A stretch of DNA of 64,000 nucleotides from an uncultured Nitrososphaeraceae archaeon (GTDB taxonomy: Archaea > Thermoproteota > Nitrososphaeria > Nitrososphaerales > Nitrososphaeraceae). Location: assembly GCA_963765895.1 (NCBI GenBank), contig CAVXZB010000084.1, positions 96,001 to 160,000 of the forward strand. Direction: 5' to 3'. The position numbers were made by a program, and so were the translations under genes. Numbering within the stretch: position 1 is the stretch's first letter; each line of letters opens with the position of its first letter. The notes under the pieces are model-generated. The model saw only the letters and a program-made list of their open reading frames with translations. It had not been told where the DNA came from and made no database searches. Positions 32,187-43,794 of this stretch are shown piece by piece.

Positions 32187-32551
32187 GAGGATCGATTATT
32201 TTTTCTAGTACTATTCCTGGTTAGAGCTGTTCTGAATCAAATTGTGACCTAACCTGAGGTATCTACAATTACGTTTGATAATGTCGCAAATCAAAATAAG
32301 TGTAATAGATAGTAGGAAATACTTTATTATACTGCAACCTGTAATCGATCCATCTTCCAATATCGTAGTAACACAGATATCATCAGTACTCAAACTTTTT
32401 CAATCCAATGGATACATAGATAGTCAAGGCTTTGTCTCTAGGGCTTATTTTATAAAATCATCGTGAATTGATAAAAGGTAGCTCGTTTAAGATATCTTGT
32501 TAGATCCGGTTTTATATTGCTGGCTCGATAAGATCCTTATCACAGGATGGA

Positions 32552-32574
32552 CACCGCTGCGTAACGCAGCGGTG
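32552..32574. promoter_or_regulatory. 23-bp GC-rich palindrome overlapping a Shine-Dalgarno-like GGTGA
   Basis: CACCGCTGCGT-A-ACGCAGCGGTG has perfect 11-bp arms and ends 5 nt before the GTG at 32580. Confidence 0.55.
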
Positions 32575-32579
32575 ATTCG

Positions 32580-33850
32580 GTGGATTTTAAAAGTTTAAAA
32601 GAGATAGTGACGAATAATCGTATAGAAGATTTGTCGGCACCTAATTGGGCATGTTCTTTTTGTGGAATGATTTCCGGCAGAAGGGAGAGTGTCATACGTC
32701 ATATAAATAATCCCCGTATTCATTCAGGGCAAGCGCTAGCAGTTCCGTATATCGAATTCATTAGTAGATCTAAAAATGGAACACCAGTATCAAGTTCTGC
32801 CTACGTGTACCGCTCAAGGATGAAGACTAATGGATCGCCATTGGTCGAGGAGACATTTTATGATAAGCTAGCAAAAAGAATCGAAGAAATAAATCTCGAA
32901 AAGCTTGCTGAAAGGTTTACTAATACTGGAAGCACGTGGTTACATCAAGAGCAGTTACCATCAAGATTCCCGTTGGTCCCCAGAGATCCGTGTTAAAGCA
33001 AGTAACACACTATTTAGGGGAAAACATATTTGCCATTAGAGGACGCCTATGCCCCAAATGCATCACAATTGAGCCAAAAATTTACGGATTTGGATCGGCA
33101 ATTAATGCAAGTTTTTTATCTATACTTTACCCGATACATCCCGAATGTACTGATATACCTGCTATGTCATACTCAGAGAGGCATGAGAGTTTAAACCTTT
33201 TTGCAACAAAAGGCTTTCCTGAAATAGTAAGGGAATGGATAAGGAGTATTTGGTCATCGAACCCGCGTATGCGAATAATCGCATTGAAGGTTCCTGGATC
33301 AAAACATGGTCCTGATAAAAATGATGACGTTTCCAGTACAGAGGTGGCGCTAAACGGGTCTGGATATTCCTCAGGTCAACTCCACTGGTCAGCCGGCAGT
33401 TCTGTGACAGTGGTCTCCGACACAATTAGTGATAACGAGAATGATATGCTCATGGCGCTGAATCGGAAAGAGATAACCCTGCGTTACGATAACTCAGATT
33501 TTATCTACCTGCCAGACTGGATAGGATCACAGTCATCTCCACAGATACCTAATTTAGTTAATTCATTCGGAGAGGAAAATACAAGTAGAACAAGCATAAT
33601 TGAAAAAGCAATCGAATCTTCAGATATCATTATATATACCGAGTCGGAATTGCTTGAATTCTTAGGGGTCACCAAATTCGGAACATTTGGGTTTTTTCGA
33701 ATTGGACCAACATCTGCAATGTCGAAATCTCTACCCATTGAAGATTCAGAAGATGGGTACTTGCTGTTACTGACTCCAGAAGAGTTTGGTGTTAACAGGA
33801 AATTTAGCATTACTCAGACAAGCAGTCCGTCACTCAAGAGGAATCCTTGA
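32580..33850 (+). CDS. C2H2-type zinc-finger hypothetical protein; two overlapping ORFs, possibly one frameshifted gene
   Basis: CSFC-x12-H-x6-H in 32580-32996; CPKC in 32936-33850; the ORFs overlap by 61 bp. Confidence 0.6.
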
Positions 33851-34213
33851 ATAGTGGCATCCTAGGAAGAGCAGAAAGGGGTAGTTTTATGCAAAACATG
33901 ATCCTCATGCCATTGCATTCCAAAGCAACGTAGATTAGTATTGTAATGTTCCAATCTAGCAGTTAAAAGCGAACTCCTGTATTCCAATAACGAGTCAATA
34001 TGCTATAGATAGTCATCCATTAGTTTGCCATTCTGTGGATAAGGCATAGTACTAACTGACATTAACTTTCTAATGAATACAATTTATTTGACTGTTAATA
34101 AAATGATACCACCAATTGACATCCTCCTGATTCTGTGATCTAGTTAGGGATCATTGAGTAGCAACTTCCAATATCTATAAATTGGACGCATTAGGCAGTT
34201 TCATTTGTAGCTT

Positions 34214-34783
34214 TTGAGAGCAGCCGAAGACATAAAATACCCCCGTAAATGGTTTAGGATACTTCAGGTCGTTGTAGGTGTTATTTGTATTATATTATCT
34301 GGTATCATAATAGCAAAATCATCTTCTTTTGGAGAGTATGCAATAGTACTCTTTGCACTAATCGCTTTGATGATTATCGGTATAGAACGAATAGTTGCAG
34401 GAATACGATCGAAGGGGCTAAAAAGATCATCGAGAATTATTAATATTGCGATAGGAGCTGGAATAGTAGGCTACTTAATACCAGGAATTATAGTTCCCGA
34501 TTTTGCCATAAAATACATTGTACTTATTCTTGGTTTTGGGCTACTGGCTAATGGCGCTGTGAGAATCTTAGATGGAGTAAGAAATCTCGAATATGAAAGC
34601 CGCACAAGGATGTTGCGGATTGGTATAGGCTCGTTGAGCGCAATTATAGGTATAGTTGTCCTTGCAAGCCCAAGAGCTGGATTTATCATTTTATTACTTA
34701 TGGTATCTGTTGCTTTGTTACTCACCGGTATAGAGCTTGTAGTAGTGGGAAGTACAGGAAGAAGAATCAGAACTCCTCTTTAA
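34214..34783 (+). CDS. HdeD/DUF308 family membrane protein (second paralogue)
   Basis: Same architecture as 29781-30344 (PKWFRILQ-like start, GIERI, GIEL...GRR end). Confidence 0.75.
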   Translation: MRAAEDIKYPRKWFRILQVVVGVICIILSGIIIAKSSSFGEYAIVLFALIALMIIGIERIVAGIRSKGLKRSSRIINIAIGAGIVGYLIPGIIVPDFAIKYIVLILGFGLLANGAVRILDGVRNLEYESRTRMLRIGIGSLSAIIGIVVLASPRAGFIILLLMVSVALLLTGIELVVVGSTGRRIRTPL

Positions 34784-35062
34784 CACGCGAGCTGCCTTAG
34801 CTATAACCTTTCGTTTTTCTGATGATTACCGTTTTAGTAGCAGTGATAGTAATAGTGGAGGAAACTATGCAGTTTAGAATGATTCGTGTTTGGAAAATGT
34901 TGATAATGAACAATTATTTTAAAGAATTTAACTAATTTCGCACTAATTTAAGAATAATACGCCAGGCAGTAAGGTTGAAAACTCGTTTGAACGTGTGGTC
35001 GAAAAGACAGTAAATAAATAAATAAATAGGTAATTCTAAGAAAAACCAAGTGAGATATAACT

Positions 35063-36798
35063 TTGACTGATTTCGAAGACGAATTGCTTATCGATACTGC
35101 AAGGGGCTTTTCTAAAGACGGTAAATGGTTTAAGGATTCACACAATAGATATCTCCTGTTTCGAGGTGTGAACTTTGGCTCCCGCAGTAAGCTGCCTCCC
35201 TACTTACCGATTGCACGGCTTGAGACTAATCAGATAAATCTGGAAGAACTAAAGCAAGAAATAGAGTCTGTCAGGTACCTGACTTGGATCGATTGAAGGA
35301 ATGGGGGTTTAATATCGTGAGACTCTTGGTATCTTGGAAAGCACTTGAACCCTATCCCAACAAGAATCTAGAGGATATTGAAGGAGAGGGTAAACAGTAT
35401 CTCGTTCTAATAAAAGAGATCATTGATTCACTATACAGCCGTGGGATATATGTAATACTGGACTTTCATCAAGATATAGCTCATGAAATTTATGGAGGGG
35501 ACGGATTTCCTGACTGGGCTTTGGCAGTAGACGGTAAAAATAAGCTTCCAAAACCTTCTAACCTGCGTGATAAGAAATGGCAAATGGCCTACATGATCAA
35601 CAAGTCTGTAAGACACACTTTAAAATCATTTTGGCAAAATGATTTGACGAATGATGTGGCAGGCATAAAGAATTTTCCAGTTAGAACACATCTTGAAAAG
35701 ACTATTGGTCAGACAGTTAAATTCTTCAAGACAATAAACAATAATGAAGGTCATCCAGCAATTTTAGGGATAGAACCATTCAACGAACCTCATCCAGTCG
35801 GTATTGACCCGGAAAAGTTCGAGCAGGAGTTCCTATATAAGTACTATCTAAGTATAGAATCGGAAGTACGTTCTTACGACGATCGTTTATTTGTGTTCAT
35901 GGAGCCTAGGGTCGACTGGACTGTTTCGGAAGCAAGTAATAGCAAATCACTTATGGGAAAATCAATCTTTAGTGCTAAACGTACGTTCAATCTAGGGTTC
36001 ATAAGAAATGTTATGGTTGATGGCAAGATAGAACATAAGGAAATCCGAACAAACCTGCCTTCAGAGAGAGGATTGCTAAAAAATATCTCTCCCAAAGGCG
36101 TTTTATCCTTCCATTATTACGATGTTATGGCTATCGCAGGTTCCTACCTGAAGATACCCGAGAACTTGGCTAGGATTAAAAGACTTTGGCCAGACATCTT
36201 CGCTCAACTAGTAGAGGCAGCAGAAGAGCGCGACTTTGTTCCATTCCTAACTGAGTTTGGGGGTCTTCAAGATGCCGAACAAATTCGAGACTATCTTGAT
36301 ATAAATTTCAATCAGATTGAATCATTCTTGCTGAATTCAACTTTGTGGAATTACGATCTATATAATACCCAGGAAGGAAAGGATAACTGGAATTTGGAGA
36401 ACTACTCCATTTTGGGTCCAGGTCGTAATCCAAGGAACATTGATGTTGTGGTACGTCCCTATCCAATGCGCAGCTCTGCAGAACCAATAGTGCTATTTTT
36501 TGATCACAAGTCCAAGTATTCGGCGTTGATATTGAAGGGTGAACCACTACAGTCGTATCCTACCGTCATTTACGTTCCGTCTCATATACACTACTCTCCA
36601 GAATTTGCGGCATGGGCAACGAGTAAGAGAGTGAGATGGAATAAGGAGAATCAGTTGCTCTATTGGTATCCTGATAGGGATCAAAGATTAAATCAACTCA
36701 TATTGGGAAAACCTGGGGAGCTAAATGAAGAGAATCTACCCAACAAATCAAAGTCGTTACTAAGCAACACCGTACTTGTAGGTACCTTCTCGGGATAA
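35063..36798 (+). CDS. glycoside hydrolase family 5, endoglycoceramidase-related; frameshift at about 35273
   Basis: FRGVNFGSRSKLP, GFNIVRL, ILDFHQD, GDGFPDW, acid/base FNEP, FHYY, nucleophile TEFG, and RPYP; no signal peptide. Confidence 0.88.
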
Positions 36799-36877
36799 CA
36801 TTAGTCGTATTTTTGCTATATCTTCAAATTAGATATAGGATCGAAAATGTAGTGTGGAGTTTCACGACTTGGGATCG

Positions 36878-37186
36878 TTATGACCCTACTCTTTTCATCT
36901 TTGAACCACATCTTGGACATGCAGCTTGGTTATGTTTTGTTCCGCAGCTCATACAATAATAGCTCAGAGAACTACCACTACCATACCCACCAAACATCGA
37001 AGAACCAGATAAGCCCATCTTTTTCAATGCCCTTTTTCTCATGTAAAAACTAAGTAGTATGAATACTGCAATAATGATTGGCAAAGAGAATGGAAATGGT
37101 ATAAATAGCGATATAGCAAGACTGATTCCGAGTGATATTGCTATCCACAATAATTGTTGTGAAAGAAAGTCTCTATTGCTACTCAA
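36878..37186 (-). CDS. small membrane protein with C-terminal zinc ribbon
   Basis: Two TM segments followed by CMSC...CPRC. Confidence 0.75.
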   Translation of the reverse strand: MSSNRDFLSQQLLWIAISLGISLAISLFIPFPFSLPIIIAVFILLSFYMRKRALKKMGLSGSSMFGGYGSGSSLSYYCMSCGTKHNQAACPRCGSKMKRVGS

Positions 37187-37606
37187 TCAATCGATCACTC
37201 ATATATTCATTATTACTATATTAAATACTATCCTTTTTGATGATTTATATATAGTGAAAGAACTATATAATAAATTAGAATTTGGATACCTCTAACAACA
37301 ATTTTTGAACTATCATGAAAGTATTACTATACTCGAAGCAAATGTATACTGATCCTATTCGGCGCACAATCAACTTTTAACAGCCATCACATTTAAATTG
37401 GATTTCATAGTAAGAAGTATTACATCGACCAAACCGATGGGGAACATGACTGGACAGTGCTGCTACGGTGGCATTGTCCAGTCAAATTTATTTATAGTTT
37501 ATTTCAAAAGATAGAAATAATGAGGAAAATTCAATAATCTCAAAAACTATCTCAAATTGAAGTCTGACTCAGGCTCGTCCTTTGCTGGACAGAATTCTTG
37601 TTATTA

Positions 37607-38005
37607 TCACACTAGACGTATCTCCAACTCATCATAGGCATCCTTGACCGCCAACTGAAAGAGGGTATCCTCATAGACTAGGAGCCAGTCTCTAATTCCT
37701 AAAATTGGCAATTTTCTCAATAACAAGCGTCCATTATCCTTAATTGTCGTCTGCAAATATGCGAAATGGAACTTCTTCAATCTTGGAATGTTAAATAATG
37801 TTTCCTGAAGTTCAATCCCTCCTGTACCACCCTGAATATTCATCCCAATTTTATCTCCGAATCTATTTTCAATCTTCGCTGTCACATAACTCTGCCCAAT
37901 ATTAAAAGAATCAATATTCAGCATTACCTTAGAACTAGCCACATTACTTTGTGGTAACTCTTGAAATAATTTTTGAGATATTTCATCTAAGAATAATACT
38001 GACAT
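37607..38005 (-). CDS. hypothetical protein
   Basis: 132 aa ORF with ATG start, no recognised motif. Confidence 0.65.
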   Translation of the reverse strand: MSVLFLDEISQKLFQELPQSNVASSKVMLNIDSFNIGQSYVTAKIENRFGDKIGMNIQGGTGGIELQETLFNIPRLKKFHFAYLQTTIKDNGRLLLRKLPILGIRDWLLVYEDTLFQLAVKDAYDELEIRLV

Positions 38006-38323
38006 TGACGATCATCCCATTGAAGTCGATCGTCCATTATGAATATATCGGCAGTCTTGATCGTTAATAAAGCCAGGCCGCATAGGTACGTTAAACTTAT
38101 AATCATCAATGAGATAAGGTTGGTAATTTATACCCATATAGATCCTAATTCATATTCAATATTCTACTTTTCCAACCTCGTTATACGTATACTGACTCCC
38201 AGATTCCCATTCTAGAATAAATACTCACAATATTCCATGCTGAATCAAAGATGAGCAAAAGATACAAAACATTCTGCTCTATGCAAAGCCAAATCAAAAA
38301 GGGAGTCTGTCGATTGGCGAGTT

Positions 38324-40293
38324 CTAAATTTTATATGCGGATTTAAATCTACGAGTAAAGAAAATTGCAAATGCGAATAAACCGCTTATCAAGAGTGCTG
38401 ACCCAGTAAATGATGGAAATTCTGGAACTACCACATACCCTCTAGCAATTCCATTTCTAGATAAATCTGGTACAGCTTGTCCTGTTCTTTGTAAGGCCTT
38501 GATCTTTATCTCTAATTGATACACATCCTTTGCAGGAAATGTAACAGTCTGTGTACCCAGTCCATTTTTGGCTACAAGATTTTCTTTCTTTACTGCAGTT
38601 GTGCCATTTTTATCAAGTATCATTAGATCATACTTTACATCTGCATTTAGCGGACCTGAGGTCATGGCATCACTGAACTGGGCTTTTACATTTGATTCCT
38701 TTGCTGGTGCAAGCGGATTAGGTGACCAAGTAACTATTACGTGAATTGCTCCTGTATCCGTGGCAAGATCTGAAGATGTTTGAGCAGAAGCAAGGATGAT
38801 GTTGGGGTTTTTTTATTGGATTCAGCGTTGCTCATTAGGGCAAATGTCATTACACCTAGGTCTGATGCTTTTTGTCTATTGTGAGAGATAATAGAACTAG
38901 TAAGGGTATTCTTATTATTATTATTGCTAGTATTGTTAGAATTATTATTGTTAGTATTGTTAGAGTTATTAGTATTAGTATTAGTAATGCTGCTAGCATT
39001 AGCGGCAACCAGAATAAGTTTTGGCCTGGCTACATTCTGATCGTAAAGATTGGTATCCTTATTCTTAAAAATACCTAGAATATCGTTGTCATTATAAGCT
39101 GTCTTGCTTACAGTTGAAGACGGAGAGCCTGCTCTTGTCTTCGTTGTTAATGTTGTTGGTGCTGTTGTTGTCTTGTTATTAGTACTAGTAGTATTACTAG
39201 CAGAGGAAGAGGAAGAAGAGGAGCTATTCGTAGCAGTTGCAGCATTAGTAATATTATTTCCTTGTTGCTGCTGTTGTTCTGGATGATATTGTTGTAATTG
39301 CTTTTGTCTTGCCTCTGCTATCTTTATGATATCATCCTTATTTATCAAATAATGCAGGACCAGTGCATTTGGATAAGAGAATGGATCTATGGCCAATGAT
39401 CTTCCTGTTATAGGAATACCATTAACTGTAGCATTGAAAGAACCTGCAAAACCACTGCCCACAAAGTTCTTCCAGGATTTTGGCAACCTGAGCTCTTCAT
39501 GTACAAATATGTTCTGTTTCTGAATTCTCGACAAATTCCAGTCAAAGGGCATCTGCCAGGTTATATTCTTTGTATTAGGATCGAATTTGAAGTTGTGAAC
39601 TCTGTCGTAGTAAGAGATAAGTGTAGTATTATATTTTTGACCATTGCTAGGATCTGCTATGTTGTTACGAAAAACATCTCCTACGCTAAGATAAGAATCA
39701 AATTTTGGTGCTTGATCAGGTATGAAGAGGTTTCTATCGTTATCAATTCCAAAGATTTCTATGTGAATATGATATAGTCCTCCGGCATTTAGAACTGGAC
39801 CTCTTAGGCTTATCGAACCACCTGGATCGGCCACCCAGGCATTTTGAAATGGATCTCTTTCGCCATTAATTGTAACTTGTCCTCCGGTAGTGTTGATAGG
39901 CTCTATTTTTAGAGTTAATAAACCATTGTGAGCATGAAAAAAGTCCCTCAAAATTGGTTTGGTTCCTGGTGCCGCTTGAGCAGTGCCTTTAGTAACAGTA
40001 ATATCATAAGTAACGTGTTGGATAGTTTCGTTAGTATTTGCATCAAATAGCCGCATTTGCAGATATGTATTACCTTTGGTATCAGTTGTTAGTATAGGAG
40101 GACTTACCTTCACAAAGAGACTTGCTTTTCTATTACCAACAGTAGCAGGAGGAAGATTTTCCTGAGTCAAACCATCAGCATACGCTTTCTGGTTAAGGAA
40201 ATATTCAGATACAAATAAAGTGGTTGAAAATAAGAGCGCTATAAAAAATAGGGCAGTAAAAATCGAAACATAAGCGTTTGAAAGACTAAACAA
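38324..40293 (-). CDS. surface protein with PEF(G)-CTERM-like sorting signal; frameshift at about 38800
   Basis: Signal peptide, DGLTQENLPPA domain, Q/S/T/N-rich insert, and C-terminal VVPEFP + TM + RRFK; the frame upstream of 38665 continues (TSSDLATDTGAIHVIVTWSP). Confidence 0.8.
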
Positions 40294-40470
40294 TAATACT
40301 AGCTGTTTCTTCTTCCATATTTATTCATTATTCAATTCTAGGTCAACTTCATATAGTTAGCAACTCGATTGTATATACGCAAATCATTTAAGCCACTCTG
40401 CGTGAGACTGTAAAAAAGAATAGAATATAAGGCTTTAATATTCTGGAAAATCAAGAAGCGAGAATTCAGA

Positions 40471-41448
40471 TTGGAGATAAATTTCCATGGGGCGCTAAAT
40501 ACGATAAGTAATAATGGCCTAAAATGGATAGATTTACCCAGGCCTACTCGTGAGGATATGGGATACCTGGAAAAAGATTTCTCCTTTTCCGATCTAAACC
40601 TAGAGGACTCGCTTTCTAAAACACAACTCCCGAAAATTGACAGATATAAAGATCATATGTTTATCATATTACATTTTCCAACCAAAGACAAGGAAAAGAA
40701 TATGCCAAAGGTTAGCCAATTATCCATCTTTCTTGGTACCGATTATTTAGTTACAATTCATCAAGGTGAATTAGAACCGCTTATCGAGTTGTTTCAAGTG
40801 TGCTCAAAAGATGCAAAACAGCGCGATAGTCTAATGGGCAAAACCTCTGGCTATTTACTACACACGATAATAGACGTTTTGGTTGATGACCTTTTTCACA
40901 TTCTTATGAAGATCGTGGGAAATTTGGATGATATTGAAGAGGCAGTCTTCGACGCAAAAATATCCGAAGCAAGAGAAATTTCGGTTCTGAGACGGGAGAT
41001 TACTATCTTGAGACGGATAGTGATGCCTCTGAGAAGGGTCGTCAGTGAATTGGCAAAAGATGTTCAACAATTTTCCAACGAAGATCTCACACGATACTTC
41101 TACGATGTAAAGGATCATATAGATAAGGTGCTTGAGACATTGGATGGATCCAGAGAAACCATAGAGATCTACAAGGACACCGACTTCATGCTAAGCAGCG
41201 AGAAATCCAACAAAATTTTGTCCGTACTTACAATTCTATTTACGTTATCCATCCCAGTTACTGTAATCAGTACATTCTACGGAATGAATGTACATATTCC
41301 AGGCGATAACCAGACGGGGACTTACACCTTCTTGGGTCCTTATAGCACTTTTTTCATTCTCCTGGCCGCCACGATAATATCGACTGCTATAATGCTTCTA
41401 TATTTCAGACACGTTGGATGGATAGGAGTTTCATACAACCGATGTTAA
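40471..41448 (+). CDS. corA: CorA family Mg/Co transporter
   Basis: YGMN signature between two C-terminal TMs; WID and PKID motifs. Confidence 0.93.
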   Translation: MEINFHGALNTISNNGLKWIDLPRPTREDMGYLEKDFSFSDLNLEDSLSKTQLPKIDRYKDHMFIILHFPTKDKEKNMPKVSQLSIFLGTDYLVTIHQGELEPLIELFQVCSKDAKQRDSLMGKTSGYLLHTIIDVLVDDLFHILMKIVGNLDDIEEAVFDAKISEAREISVLRREITILRRIVMPLRRVVSELAKDVQQFSNEDLTRYFYDVKDHIDKVLETLDGSRETIEIYKDTDFMLSSEKSNKILSVLTILFTLSIPVTVISTFYGMNVHIPGDNQTGTYTFLGPYSTFFILLAATIISTAIMLLYFRHVGWIGVSYNRC

Positions 41449-41666
41449 CTCAGCAATATTTCTATCGACTGATAGTATGACATTAATGAGTAAGGATTTC
41501 CAAGAGAAAAATATTGACTATCCTGTCTTATGTCCCAGCCACCTATAAATTGTACATTGCTATAAGATGTATTTTACTAGATTAGTGGATTTAGTATTCA
41601 TATTGTTCTAATTTGGATATAGTAAATCTTTCTGGGAAGCTTGACCTCGTTGATGGTAATCAAAGA

Positions 41667-42567
41667 CTAATTAGGCCATGTAGAAATCATCACAAAAATG
41701 ACAATATTCGTTAGCCTGTGCATGTTATAGGCTATGCATCTGAATGATAGTTCCCTGTTCTGTGTTTTTACTAGCCTTGAAGAAATATATTCTCCAAATA
41801 GTCGTTTTATGACAGACATTATGGTCTCATCCTTGTTTCGTTGATTGTACAATAGTTCGTTATATCCACGTTTCATCTGCTTTCTATATCTGCCATGTGT
41901 TCTCCATATCGGTACATGTTCATATCGAGCTGGAATAACACTGAATGCATGCAAGGTTTCTCTTACCAACTGATGATTATCTTCATTATCATATCCCTTA
42001 TCAGCTGTAACTACGGATAATGGTAGAATTTCAGCTATTCTTGTTATGATTGGCTTGAAATCTACATTATCATGTCTTGTAGGAGCTCGTCTTATCCTTA
42101 TGTTGCAGATAATCTGTTGTAATACATCGACTCCAATAGATAATTTCGCATATTTTCTTCTCAATTCTGTTCGATCAGTATAATATTGTGATGCATGAGT
42201 TATCTTAAATCCTGTTGAATCTATTCCTGCAAAGATATGCTTGGTACCACTAATTACAATGAATGACGAAATTATCTTCTCAAGCAGTGAATTGCTAATT
42301 CTGTCTGTCTGTAAACTTTTGCAATGTTGTAAAATGAGGAATACGTGACAATCGTAGGTACGATCTAAGGTAATATGCCTCGACTAACCACTCGACAAAC
42401 ATCCTATAACTCTTACCTTCGTACTGTCTTATTGTAAGTAATACTAAATGCTGCCATATCATAAATGCATGATTGCTCTTTCTGTGAAGAAACAATGGTA
42501 TCCTTGAATTTCTCAAGACACGGTACATAGTATTAGCCAGCCTAACATATCTTGATTCTTTCAACAT
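41667..42567 (-). pseudogene. DDE transposase split by a 4-bp duplication
   Basis: ORFs 42295-42567 and 41667-42164; CTGT x3 at 42301-42312 shifts the frame; GIDSTG, ADKGYD and RNKDE motifs intact. Confidence 0.85.
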
Positions 42568-42629
42568 CCATATTGGATCATACGTCTAGAAAGCTCTAAC
42601 GGTATTCAGAACATGGTTTCTACAGAGCC
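41674..42629 (-). mobile_element. IS5-family (IS903-like) insertion sequence, copy 2 (956 bp)
   Basis: Same terminal inverted repeats as copy 1; 9-bp target duplication GACTAATTA at 41665-41673 and 42630-42638. Confidence 0.93.
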
Positions 42630-42699
42630 GACTAATTAGAATCCCTTACATACTATATTTCTATAAGTGAAGTTTTCATGCGTGAAACCAACATAGGGA

Positions 42700-43794
42700 C
42701 TAGCTAATCCCATTATCTAGACGCTCAATAAATATCTCAAGTTTATCTCTAGGTACAACCGCTCCACATGCTCTGTCATGACCTCCTCCGCTTCCTCCAA
42801 TTTCCAAGGCTACATCATTAACTAATCTACCTAGGTGAGTTTTGCAATCCTTAGAACCACGGATCGAAATAACATATGATTTAATCTCATCTCTAAATTT
42901 ATAGACCATCGCAGCTGGTTTTTCAGATGCACCCAAAACGAAATTGACTACCATACTAGAAGCCAAGTCCAAGTTGCTATGTGCATAAGCGAGATTTTTA
43001 CGCTTTACGGTAGAGTCATGAAGCGATTTTACACTTTCTGAAATCCTTTTCGCATATCTTTGGGCAATCAAGAAGCCTCCTTCAATGTCGTGTGGATATT
43101 TCATTTCGGACAAAACTTTTACCAAATTGTACAAGAATTCATCGTCATGCTGATTTGCAGAAATCATATAGGCCAATGCTGTCGATTCAAGCATAAGAAA
43201 CTGTCTATCGTATCTAGAGGTAATAGAAGAGGCAATTGGTTTATCCTCCATATAGTCAGTTAGTGCACCAGCCGCGGCAAAGAACGATGCACGAGGATCG
43301 AGTCTTCTTTTAAATGTCTTGTAAATCTGGACGCTTGTACACTCTTGGAGTGAGTGAATTAATTTAACCCCAATTTTTTTTAGTAGATTAATCGTATCTT
43401 GACTTAGGTCATGATGATCTATGTATGTTACCTTGTAGCCATTTGCAATGATTTTTTTGATACTTTCTATAAATCTTCTTTCAACTTTTCTATTCAACCC
43501 AAGATCGCAAATAAATAACATTCCAGATTTACCGCTTCCATCAAATCCTGCTGTTAGTTCAATAATTTGGTTAAGCTTGGAAATAATGTTGGCATAATCA
43601 ACTAGCATAACCGATATTGTGGACTTGTATGCAGCCGTAATCAATATAGAAGACGCTAACCCATCGACATCTTCTTTGTGTGAAAGACAAATGACCCTTG
43701 ATTTTCTAGCATATTCATATCTATCTGAGATATTTGCTGACACCGACCTCGAATGATTATTCGTTACTGCATTTGATGAACTCAAATAGATCAT
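42700..43794 (-). CDS. DHH-family phosphoesterase (DHH/DHHA1)
   Basis: SHKEDVDG, CDLG, IDHH, SIRG and GGGH motifs. Confidence 0.9.
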   Translation of the reverse strand: MIYLSSSNAVTNNHSRSVSANISDRYEYARKSRVICLSHKEDVDGLASSILITAAYKSTISVMLVDYANIISKLNQIIELTAGFDGSGKSGMLFICDLGLNRKVERRFIESIKKIIANGYKVTYIDHHDLSQDTINLLKKIGVKLIHSLQECTSVQIYKTFKRRLDPRASFFAAAGALTDYMEDKPIASSITSRYDRQFLMLESTALAYMISANQHDDEFLYNLVKVLSEMKYPHDIEGGFLIAQRYAKRISESVKSLHDSTVKRKNLAYAHSNLDLASSMVVNFVLGASEKPAAMVYKFRDEIKSYVISIRGSKDCKTHLGRLVNDVALEIGGSGGGHDRACGAVVPRDKLEIFIERLDNGIS

